Shown piece after piece: positions 23,636-34,135 of a DNA stretch of 64,000 nucleotides. The notes under the pieces were generated by a model that did no database searches, was not told the origin of the DNA, and was given only the letters and a program-made list of their open reading frames with translations. Numbering within the stretch: position 1 is the stretch's first letter; the number at the start of each line of letters is the position of its first letter. The translations under genes were made by a program, and so were the position numbers. The DNA lies in assembly GCA_039621445.1 (NCBI GenBank), contig CP154954.1:5925693-5989692 (forward strand), given 5' to 3'. The stretch is from Euglena gracilis. Lineage: Eukaryota.

Positions 23636-24235
23636 TATCTTACAAATGGGTGTCTGTCTGCCCAACCCAACCATCTTCTTTTGGGAATAAGTCCCAAAGA
23701 TGTTTGTGTACATATTTCACAATGGCACTTTTGTTGTTGGTTTGCAAACCACATGCTCAAAATGCAGATTTGGTTTACTTAAGCAACAAAAGTAGCCATC
23801 CCCCCTTCTTTGACCACGAACTTGTTGGTCAAATTGACGAACACCAAAGGTGTTTTGATCATTAAAGCACACAATTGCGCTCACTTCAAAGTTATTTGCA
23901 AAAACACAAGGTGTGTGATAAGTTTTTGGGATACATTGCAAATACTGCATTTTTCCCGTGAACTTGCACAGCTTTGTGAAGAACAGCTATTTTGTGAACA
24001 AAATGGCCTTTTTCTTATTGCAGAAGTGAATCCCGATAGGGAAATAAGTTGAATTCCTTGAGAAAATCTGCAACATAGTTGCCCCCCCCAAAAAAAGGAA
24101 AAAAATTCCTTCAAACATGCAATCTTGTGGACTTAACCACTTAGCCTTTAGGTCTATGTGACCAATACACCCTATGATGTGCAAGGCCTATTGGCCATTA
24201 CCCACGTGGTCCGTGGTCCATGGGTCCATAGGACC

Positions 24236-25297
24236 AATTTGCACAAAATGCAAGGACCAAAAGGACCAAAGGTCCACAAGTCCATATTTTCTATATTATG
24301 AAGTGAAAAGTCCATAGGACCTCAAAAAATGGCACAAAAAGCCATATTACATGGCTGAAAGTGGCTGAATTGGCCAAAACAGGCCAAATAGGCTTTTTTC
24401 ATGCACATTTGCATATGTGTCACTTTGGCATAGCCCAAAACCACCACAAAAGCTTCAAAATTTCTGGCACCTCGTACCATGAGGTTTTGACTGCATGTAT
24501 TAGTGCCTATGAGATAGGAACCAAAAGTTCTCTTTCTAGAATAAATTATGGAAGCTTATAGCAAAAGCTCACTCACACAGGCAAAAGATCAAAGAAGTAT
24601 CTCAGCACCCGTAGCTGGCCGATAGGCCATGTTACCCCTCATTCGAAAGCTCGTTCGATGAGCCGTCCAGCGGTGCTAACAGGTCGCTGTAACTCTGCAC
24701 GGTACTCTTATTTGAGGAGATCGTGAAAAATTGAATTAAGCCCAGCCAATCCAGCCAAAAAGTTTGCAAAAAAATTTGCACAAAATGCAAGGACCAAAAG
24801 GACCAAAGGTCCACAAGTCCATATTTTCTATATTATGAAGTGAAAAGTCCATAGGACCTCAAAAAATGGCACAAAAAGCCATATTACATGGCTGAAAGTG
24901 GCTGAATTGGCCAAAACAGGCCAAATAGGCTTTTTTCATGCACATTTGCATATGTGTCACTTTGGCATAGCCCAAAACCACCACAAAAGCTTCAAAATTT
25001 CTGGCACCTCGTACCATGAGGTTTTGACTGCATGTATTAGTGCCTATGAGATAGGAACCAAAAGTTCTCTTTCTAGAATAAATTATGGAAGCTTATAGCA
25101 AAAGCTCACTCACACAGGCAAAAGATCAAAGAAGTATCTCAGCACCCGTAGCTGGCCGATAGGCCATGTTACCCCTCATTCGAAAGCTCGTTCGATGAGC
25201 CGTCCAGCGGTGCTAACAGGTCGCTGTAACTCTGCACGGTACTCTTATTTGAGGAGATCGTGAAAAATTGAATTAAGCCCAGCCAATCCAGCCAAAA
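24236..25297. repeat. Near-perfect tandem duplication, 537-bp period
   Basis: 24236-24760 repeats at 24773-25297; identical ORFs at 24361 and 24898. Confidence 0.95.
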
Positions 25298-25315
25298 GCC
25301 AAATTTTAGGCCAGA

Positions 25316-27166
25316 ATCGCCTGCCGCGTCACGTCCGCCCTTTCCCCGAGAACCACACCCCGGACTGGGAGGACCGATTGAAGGAAGCCATCCGTCGCTT
25401 CCCACGGGGATCGGCGCCGGGGCCATCTGGGTTGCGACCAAGCCACCTCCAAGACTGCCTGCGGAGACCAGGTCGGGGAGCAAGGCTGATCACTGCCCTC
25501 GCACTGCTGACTCAAGCCTTGGTGGACGGCCAGGTACCGCCCCACCACGCCGCGGCCTGGTGCTGTGCGAACCTAACGCCGCTCCGCAAAAAGGATAACA
25601 AGGTACGTCCGGTGGCGGTTGGGGAAACAATCCGTCGCTTGGTGGGGAAAGCCTTGCTCCAGACACCAAACGCCAGATCCTAGGTCGCAACCCTCGCCCC
25701 TACCCAAGTTGGGGTTGGGGTACGAAACGCGGCTGAGGCCGTCGCATTAGGTATGTAACACCTGGTCATTCAGCTGGGGGACACATCGCCCTGGGTATCT
25801 CTCCAGGTGGACTTCTCCAATGCGTTCAACACGGTGGACCGAGGGGCGATCCTGACGCACCGCCAGCTTGTTCAATTTTCTGCGATTCGCGTACAGTGGG
25901 CACGTTCCCTTGTTCTGTGGTGGTCGCTCGATCCTGTCACAGAGAGGCACCCACCAGGGCTGCCCATTGGGCCCCATAGGGTTCGCTCTCGCGCTGCAGC
26001 CTCTACTGGAACAGATCACCAAAGATGGTCAGTTGCTGTGGAACAGCTGGTACTTGGACGACGGCTTGCTGGTCGGGACCCCAGACCGGATTGAGCACTG
26101 CATTCGTTTCTTGATGCAAGAGTCTCATCGAATAGGGCTCGGCCTCAACCTGCAGAAGTGCGTCATGTGGGGCCCGAGAGCCAGGAGTACGCCGAGTGGT
26201 GAGTTGATGCAAGTCGTCCCTTGGACCCCAGGGGAAGGCATCACCGTCCTGGGCATCCCAGTTGACCACCCAGCGTCTACGGACACCACACAGACGGCGT
26301 GGGAGGTTGCAGCCGCCAAAATCGAGAAGGCCGCGTCCACCATCACGTCCGTCACCGACGCTCAGGTAGCGCACCAGTGGTGGAATCACGAGTTGGGCAA
26401 GAAGACGATGGATGACCTGGTGGACCAGGCGCGGCCCCGGGACAAGAACCGCCTCCTTGAACAGGCCACAGGTTTCGGGCATGGTTGGATGGCAGCAACC
26501 CCCTCAAACAACTCCCACACCACTTTCTCCAGCGAAGAGTACACCTTGGGGTTGAAGTGGTGGCTGGGTCTCCCGGTGCTGAACGACGTCAGCCAACCAT
26601 GCACGGGATGCAACCAGCCCCTGGACAAGGAAGGTGACCACCTCCTTTGCTGTCGCAGGAATAACTTCGCCACCCGCCACAACGCTGTTCAGGACGCACT
26701 GTTCCAAACCTTGTCCAACAGCGGACAGCGGGTGCAGAAGGAGGTTTCCCTGCCAACGGCCCGAGATAGCCACCTCCGCCCGGCCGATCTCCTCCTAGAC
26801 TGCTGGTCTGACGGGAAGCCGACAGCGCTGGATGTCACCGTCTGCCACGGATGGCAGGCGACTGAACACACTGCCACCCGCGAACGGTGGAGATCCTTCC
26901 TGAAGAGAAGGGAGGAGGCCAAAAAGCAGAAGTACAACATCCCATGCCAGCAAGCAGGCTGGGGCTTCACGCCGTTCGCCCTGGGAACGTGGGCGGGCAT
27001 GGGGCCCGAGACAGCCAAAACCCTGAGCCGCGTGGCGAAACGCGCCTCGTCCTGGCAACAGGGGGCGGAACGAGAATTAAAGGAGGCGGATATTTACCAG
27101 AACGTCGCAATCGCCCTATTACGCGAAGTCTTCCATCTCCTGCAACCCAAGCACATTCTCCGATAA
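25316..27166 (+). pseudogene. Reverse transcriptase plus CCHC finger plus restriction-like endonuclease (disrupted, internally deleted)
   Basis: RT motifs GSAPGPSG, VRPVAVGE, DFSNAFN, QGCPLGP, WYLDDG. Finger CTGC...GDHLLCC...RHNAVQD. RLE motifs RPADLLL, ALDVTV, KKQKY. In-frame stops at 25681 and about 25757, a frameshift near 25860, and an apparent deletion at AQVAH|QWW. Confidence 0.92.
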
Positions 27167-27492
27167 AACAACAACAACAACAACAACCCACAAAGCACAC
27201 ACACACACACACACACACACAACCACGACCCACCGCCACTCCCCCCGTCAAGCCACGTACCGCCGCCCTGCCCCCGACCCCTCTATACTCCAGCACTGCC
27301 GTTCCCCTCAGCTCCCCGCTCCCCCTCGCCCCTCTACCCTCGCGCAACGTATTGAAGGTGGGCCTAGCCCATTTTCCACCCGCCGTCCTATACCCCAGCA
27401 GTAAATTATCATAACCGCCAGCGGACCTTCAAATCCAGTAGGCTGTGCCACTGGTCGGTGGATTCGGTTCGCCCCACCACCGGGAGTTGACC
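25316..27492 (+). mobile_element. 5'-truncated CRE-clade non-LTR retrotransposon with 12-bp TSD
   Basis: TSD TTTTAGGCCAGA at 25304-25315 and 27493-27504, enclosing RT and RLE coding sequence. Confidence 0.88.
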
Positions 27493-28399
27493 TTTTAGGC
27501 CAGATCTTGTACGATCGTGTACCAGACTTGCAAATCAGCCTGAAAGGCTTCTATACTGTTTCCCACATCGTTTCTGATGGCTAATTACCTTTGGTTAACA
27601 GATTGGCTAATGGCCATTTTTTAGTACCTTTGGCAGCATTCTGCCCATTACCCCTTCTGTATGGGCTATAAGGCCTCGTACAGTTCAGAGGGCTATAGCC
27701 CACAATTTGGAGTCATTTCGACTCACTAGAATGATTTTTAGGAGCACTTATGTGCAAATTTTGATTTAAATCATTTATTTTCTGCAATTTTTTGGTTATT
27801 TTTCCCTATTCTGGCACTCATATCACTAATGGAAGTCACCATGAGGCACTATGCCAGAGTGGAATGCAAAGCGATATGCTGATAATGGCAATTTTTCCTT
27901 TGTTCAACATGTCATAGACATGTTTTACTTGTATTTTGAGGTGTATTTTGCTTTTTTGCGATATTTTTGGGTGATGTGGTGTTATGAGTCACCCAAATCC
28001 CAAAATCTATACAACAGCAAACATGCAGTGTAATTGGACACTCTCAGCAAGCACTATGTGCACTTGGCACATATTTTCAGTCTTAAATGACTCAAAATGC
28101 AACAAAGTTGCACTTTTGGTTACAAAAATGCAACTCTCGACGCAGAATCTGCATTTCTGCTCTAAATCCTGATAGGGATTTCCCTAAAAATCCGATGAAA
28201 GTCAGTATTTCTCAGTGGCATAGTCATTAATGATGAGATTTTGTCATATTTGCAGTATTTTTTCCTGCTTATCACACCAACAGCATTCTTGCCCCCCCCC
28301 GCTTCATTCAGTGGGATCCCCTTACCGATATAATTCGGAGGACCCAATGGTCATCATTTGCAACACCAATGGTGTCATTCTGCAAGGTTTATAAGAACC

Positions 28400-30100
28400 A
28401 TACCTCAGAAATGGTGAAATCCAGCTTTTTTTGACCCACATTTAGGATTCCGTGTGCAGATCATCCGCAAATTTTCTGAATGCGGATCAATTGCCACGTG
28501 TTCATCGAATATTTCGCAATCTGTTCAAAATTTCAGAGCGAATCCTCAAATGGTGCGTGTCACAGCACCATATTCATTGATGATTGGTCGTTTTGTGCAG
28601 TTCCCCCGTTTCTCATGCATTTTTGTCGTTTGTAACCTACTGGTCTGAACTCAGTGTCGCAATATGTGATTTTGACCACGTGTGCGCAATATGCGTACAT
28701 GTGCAATTTCAGCTTTTTTTTGTTGACGCGAGGATAGCTCATTATACTAGTGATGTGATGCAGTATGCGCTGCATTTCAAAAAACTATAATTTTTGTGGG
28801 ATACCGCTAATGCGAAGAATGTTTCATTTATTTGTTGTTATGCAAATTTTTCATTTTTCAGTGGTGATATTCACTCTTTTATCGTTACCGCATCATTTGT
28901 GGCGATAGCCACCCAATTCTGTTCGACAGTTAAAATGCTTGAACCGCAATGCATTTTCTCGGCCATCGATCAAGATGACTTAAGTGTGCACATACCGTTA
29001 TTTTTCTCATAGAGAAGTTTGTGCGCAGGAGAATCAACTCCCAGTTTGAAATTTATGAATCCATAATCGCTATTCGGCGAAATATCTTACGTTCCACCAT
29101 CGTGGTGCAATTTTTGAGCCAATGGCTCTCTCACGACGTGAATATTTTTCAGATTCTTTCAGAATTTTTCACGCGGAATACTTATAGCCGTACAAGAGTT
29201 TTGTGTGCAGTGTCACCGTTCTAGGTGAGATGTTAGTCCTAATGGAACAGTCCAAAACCACATAGTGGTAGCATACCGATATGGTACCAATGCTCTTAAG
29301 CCAATCGGCTTGTTTCACAATCGGCACTATGTGCTTTTGTTCTTTTCCTAGCCCTTGTAGTACCAATTGGTGCAAAAATGTAGTTTATGAACCTAACGCG
29401 TGCAGAAAAACTGCATATTCTCTGTAGCAGATTGCGTGCGTTGTTGACCAACAGGTCGATTATTCAGTTGAAAGCTTCACCGCAAACGGTAAAACGCCAA
29501 AAGGCATAGTTGTAGTGCTTCTTTGCAATTATGTAAAATAATAGAGATTTTTAGTAATTTTTGGTGGTATATGCCACCACCCACTGCAGTGACGGCTATA
29601 TGGCCAACTTGTCGAAAAGAAAAACTCGATTGAGTTCACGCTTATCACAGAACATGCCTGCCAGACCACCATCATAGAAGTGGTGGACTTCCGTGTATTT
29701 TTTGTGATAGTTCTTTTTTTCTTGTGCGCAATATGGGGATACCCACAATTTTTCATACACACACTTTGCTTTTGGAGGTATCATGCCTCTGATTGTACTG
29801 AAAGGTACAGAGTGATAAATTTCACTGCACTTGAACAATGTTCCATCCTTTTATGTGCATTCAAAGTTCATTTGCGGTTTTTCAAAGTGGTATAAGCCAC
29901 AACAACCACAGTTGTTCTGTGAATTGGCAGCAGCCTGCCACAATTCTGCGGTTGTACATCTCAATATGATCTTTTTGGCAATATGCCGAATTTTTTTGAT
30001 TCGGGTATACACCCAGTAGTACTTTTGTGCCATGCATGTTCCGCAAGGCAATTTTTGTGGGCGATAAAGACTGCCCCCCATTATTTTTGGCTAATGCCAA
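28400..30100 (-). pseudogene. Possible highly degenerate coding sequence of an unidentified inserted element
   Basis: Chain of short Cys-rich minus-strand ORFs with no recognised motif. Confidence 0.2.
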
Positions 30101-30857
30101 CCCTTCAGCACACAGGCTGCACACACAAGGCACAACTGCCAAATCTACAGTTTTTAGGGCTACTGCCTGCTATTCTGAGGTATAAGCCTCTGGGGATACC
30201 CCATCGCCGACGCCGGGTCCGCGCAGCACTGTGAAGCCCTCACTAGCGGTATATGCCGCCAGTAAGAAGACACACAGCGTACAGCGCGCACACCGCAATA
30301 ATAGCCGCAACTTGTTACTTTTCGGCCTTAAGGCCCCCATAAGACTGCCAGACAGCAAAAATTCTTTGTAAGGTCTTTAGACCAGCCCCCCACTCCTCTC
30401 CCCTTTACCCCCCTGGCAAAACATCGCTGTCGCCGGCAGTTGGTTTTGTAAATAGGTCTTTCTCCATGGTCAGATATGACTGGCCAGGTGCCCCCCCCTT
30501 CCACACCCTACCCTTCAATCTTTTCCGATTATGGAATGAGACCTCCCCGCGTGTCATAGACACACCCCAAACCGGGTGGATGGGACTTTCTGGAATGGAA
30601 ACCTTCCAGCCCCATTTTCCAATGGGCTCTTACACTTCCACCCCTTTACCGCAATAAGAAGGTAACCGCATAAGCGGATAACCTCTTTTGCGCGTTTTGG
30701 GTTTTTGGGTTCCCCTCTCTTCCTTCCGTTTCTGGTTTTTGACCTTGTGATGGAGAAGCAGACCCAAGACATGCGGTCCTGGTGTACGTTCCTCAGTCTC
30801 AGAGCACTGCTTGAATCCTTGCTGGCCTGGTCCAGTAAGGAAATCGGGCAAAGCCCT

Positions 30858-30867
30858 GGGAGGGGGA
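30858..30867 (+). promoter_or_regulatory. Polypurine tract
   Basis: GGGAGGGGGA immediately before the 3' LTR; identical at 4030-4039. Confidence 0.85.
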
Positions 30868-31278
30868 TGTGTACCAGGCAGCATGAACATGGCACTGTGC
30901 ATAGCAGCAGCCTGCAGAATGTACAATGTCATGTTAGATAGTACTATCCCATGTTCTGCAACACAAATTGCAGAATTAGGAATGGCCTATCCTATCTCGG
31001 ATCTGCCTTTCCCTTCACAGGTGGTATTATTTCATTCATGATTTCATTTGCCGGATCAAAGGCAACTTCGATTTCGACACTCCGATTGGAGAACAATTGT
31101 GGAACAGAAGTTCCAAAATCACACCTGGTTTGCCTTGTGCTCTGCATAAGCCCAAAGGCAATAAAAACTAATATTTAAGTGAAAGACTTTCTTTTTTTGT
31201 TACTCTCCTGGTTCTGTTCCCACGGGAGGGTGTAAGTAGGCCGACAGGCAGTGGGAATAGAGTCAGGGGACGTACACT
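30868..31278 (+). repeat. 3' LTR of element C
   Basis: Direct repeat of 18272-18682. Confidence 0.92.
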
Positions 31279-32495
31279 ATTTCTCAGGGCCACAGCGGCC
31301 ATGTCCGGACAAGAGGTCCAAGACCCCTTGCAGGAGCTCAGTACTTTCAACAGGCTCAGAATGTGTCACCAGTGGTGTAAAAAGCGTGCACCCCAGTTCG
31401 TTCAAAAGCTAATCTGGGAGGGGGTGGAACCACAGTTCCCTCAGGTACTGATTCCCCCCAAACATGAAAAGAAAAACCCCAGAAGAAATCAGGACGGCTC
31501 CAGAAGTCATGGACGATTATTTCAAGGTGCGGGCTATGCTGGTGCTTACCAACCGTGGGGGGGGGTTGGGTGGGTGCTATAGGGTGCCAGCCCCTGGCAG
31601 ACACCCCCCCCCGGGAGGATAGGGGTCCGGGGGGGACCCAGAAAATTTTCATTGAAAATGGCATTTTCCGGGCCCCCGGCGCCTTCGGCGCCGGGGTCTG
31701 AGGGGGGTGCCTGCCACGGGCAGGCACTCCCCAAAACCCTACCCCCAAGGGGGGGGGGTCGGATTGGTTGCTCTGGGGTTCCTGCCCCTAGCACCCCCTA
31801 GGCACCCGACTAAGCACAAGCCTGGTGGTGGCAGCAAAGGAAATTCAAGAAGAAGGGACAGCCTTCCTTTTACCTTGGTTTGTCATAAAGAAAGAAGATC
31901 CAGGGTGTGACAAAAACTGAGACTGATCTCAGACTGCGGGGCAATAAATCTGCACCTAAACCCTCCTCACTTTAAACTGGACCATGGGAGAGACACTTTT
32001 CCTCATCTGGAAAAAGGAATGTGGGCCACAAAAGTTGACTTGAAATATGCTTACTTACATCTGGAGCTGTCCCGAGTCATAAAACCTTACATTCGTATGA
32101 AAACAGGACATAAGTTTTTCGAATGGATGGGGCTTGTTTTGGCCTCTCAACCATTCCATATCTCTGGATGCAGGTTATGCAAGTGCTTCTCAAAAAGTGG
32201 AGAAGACAGGGGTTGATTGTTTTTGTCTATCTGGACGACATCCTCTTACTAGCCAAGTCAAAAAGTCTGGCAACCCAGAACACAGAAACTTTACTACAGG
32301 ACCTCAGAGGAAGTGGGATGACCGTAAATCTCAAGAAGTCAAACACCTCCCCCAGTCAGCACGTGGAACATTTGGGGTTTTTTTGGACTTGGAAAAAGAA
32401 CTGCTCCAAATCCTCTCTTACAAATTAAAAGCAGTCAGAAAAGAATCGGGCAAATTTGTGACCCAAAAATTCATGTCATACAGGAAGGTGGCCAC
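31279..32495 (+). pseudogene. DIRS-type reverse transcriptase (frameshifted, MITE-interrupted, 3' truncated)
   Basis: KLRLISDC..IN, WATKVDLKYAYLHL, CFGLSTIPYLW, VFVYLDDILL and VNLKKS..SPSQHVEHLG match the DIRS1-family RT pattern. Confidence 0.88.
31535..31824. mobile_element. hAT-like MITE (290 bp) inserted in the DIRS RT
   Basis: Imperfect TIRs TATGCTGGTGCTTA / TAAGCACAAGCCTG. 8-bp TSD GTGCGGGC / GTGGTGGC. Removal with consensus TSD GTGGGGGC restores YFKVGAAKEI. Confidence 0.75.
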
Positions 32496-32499
32496 TGGC

Positions 32500-34135
32500 C
32501 TTCTCTCCAGAACTTCTCTTGTCTCTTCTCTGTCCCTCTTGATTCCCCATATAGGCCACCATGGCCTGTTTTTGGCATTGGCTTGCTTCTTCTGGGGGGT
32601 TTGTCTCTGAAATTGCTGGGGGGAAAGTTGGACATACCTTTCCCCAATGAAATGTTTCCAGGCCCCAGGCAGGGGTACTGGCTGCCATAGCCTTGCCCCT
32701 GGGCCCACTGCCCTCTTGAATGATGGCTGCCATAGCCTTGAATCTGGACCCCAGGTCCTTTTGGATGATGGCTGCCATAGCCTTGATGGTGACTTGAATC
32801 CCTTGTATTTTTGATATTTGTTGAAAGGCTGCCATAACCCTTGCCTTGTACCCTGGAAGGGGGGGACATAGAAAGAGGGGGGGAGTTTGTTGGACCTGTG
32901 ATGGTATTTCCCCTCTGTCTTCTTGTCTTCCTGGCCACAGTTGTCCATGGTCCATGGCGATTATCATGTTGAGTGGGAGATTTTGAAATTCAGCTGCTTG
33001 TGTGTCTCCACCTTCCCCGGCTTCAGCTGCCTTCTTGGAAGTTCTTTGAAGCTCTTCTTGGCAGTCTGTTTTTTTTTGAGATTCATTCTTTATGTACTGT
33101 CATAGGAAAAAATAACATCAGTAAAAAATAACATCTAAGCCGCTTTTAGATGTTATTTAGTCAGATGTTATTTTTTCTTCATTTGCTCCAGAAATAAGTC
33201 GAAAATAGATAAGATGTATAAAGTGGATAGGATGTGTGATGAAGAACACGAACGACTGTGACAATCATTACCAAAGGACGAGGCTGTCCATCAGGCTTGC
33301 ATTCAATCCTTGCCTTTTTGAAGTAAAGAATGGACCGTTTCATGGGTTATGCTCTGGATACTCTCACCAGATGCTATTTGTTTGTGTTGGGATCACCCAG
33401 TTATTGCAATATATGCCCGATCCCCCCTCCTGGATCGGGGGGGGAGTCTGACCCTCCCACCTGCCTTAAGCCTAAACTGGTCAAGTGTGGGGTGTGTGGG
33501 GGGCATTTATGGCCAGTCCCCCCCCCCCCCAGGACCCTGTCCTGTGGGGGTCCTTGGGGGGGAAGCTGGCAATGACTCGTGGGGAGGTGTAGGTAAATGT
33601 CTGGTGTGCGCTCCAGTTTTTTTTGCAATGCCTTGCACTCCCTCCAACTAAACAATGGCGCAGTCCGGGTGACTAAAGCGCTGGAACTAGATAACCTTAA
33701 AGTGCCTTTTTACAAGCCTCTCTGGATGTTATTTATTCGGAGTTTATTTTTGCCAGATGTTATTTTTTCTGGATGTTATTTTTTCCTATGACAGTAAGTC
33801 CAGTTGTTGATCTTGTTTTAGTAAGTGCAATGCTCCTGGGAATAATTCCAGTTGAACTCGAAGAGTTGAATTCGTCCTCCAGGAAGTTGAAGGTCCGAAA
33901 AAGTCCGGTCCACTAGTTGATAAAGTACTGGTCTTCGTGAATGTAGTGCTCATTCGAAAATAATCCCACTTGAACACGTAGAAGTAAAATCCTTTCTTCT
34001 TGAGGTCGAAGGGCAGAATTAGCAATCAGCCAACTCCGGAAACAAACAAAGCAGTAAGAGGCACCCCCCGGGCACGCACAAACACACCAGAACAGAACAG
34101 CCGGCAAAGAAAGCAGGGCCTCACTCACCAGCCGT
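32500..34135 (-). mobile_element. Degenerate retroelement ORF1-like fragment with GKGYGS-type repeats
   Basis: Repeated GGCTATGGCAGCCA units; 5' part shared with 15795-16135. Confidence 0.5.
33097..33794. mobile_element. Tc1/mariner-like MITE with TA TSD
   Basis: TIR CTGTCATAGGAAAAAATAACATC / GATGTTATTTTTTCCTATGACAG flanked by TA. The paralogous site near 15795 lacks the insert. Confidence 0.85.

Larger units (their letters stand above)
18272..31278 (+). mobile_element. Ty3/gypsy-like LTR retrotransposon (element C), both LTRs present, no recognisable pol, with nested insertions
   Basis: Two 411-bp LTRs about 97% identical by manual count. TSD ATTTC at 18267-18271 and 31279-31283. PBS, PPT and gag with CCHC knuckle present. 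Confidence 0.9.

Noticed and set aside
24178-27682. Weak inverted similarity suggesting TIRs around the duplication and the CRE element
   Set aside because: The match is too degenerate and no TSD is evident.
30811-31041. Recurrent ORF CVPGSMNMALCIAAACRMYNV (also 14339, 14731, 18270)
   Set aside because: It recurs only because it lies inside the LTR; I see no evidence of coding function.
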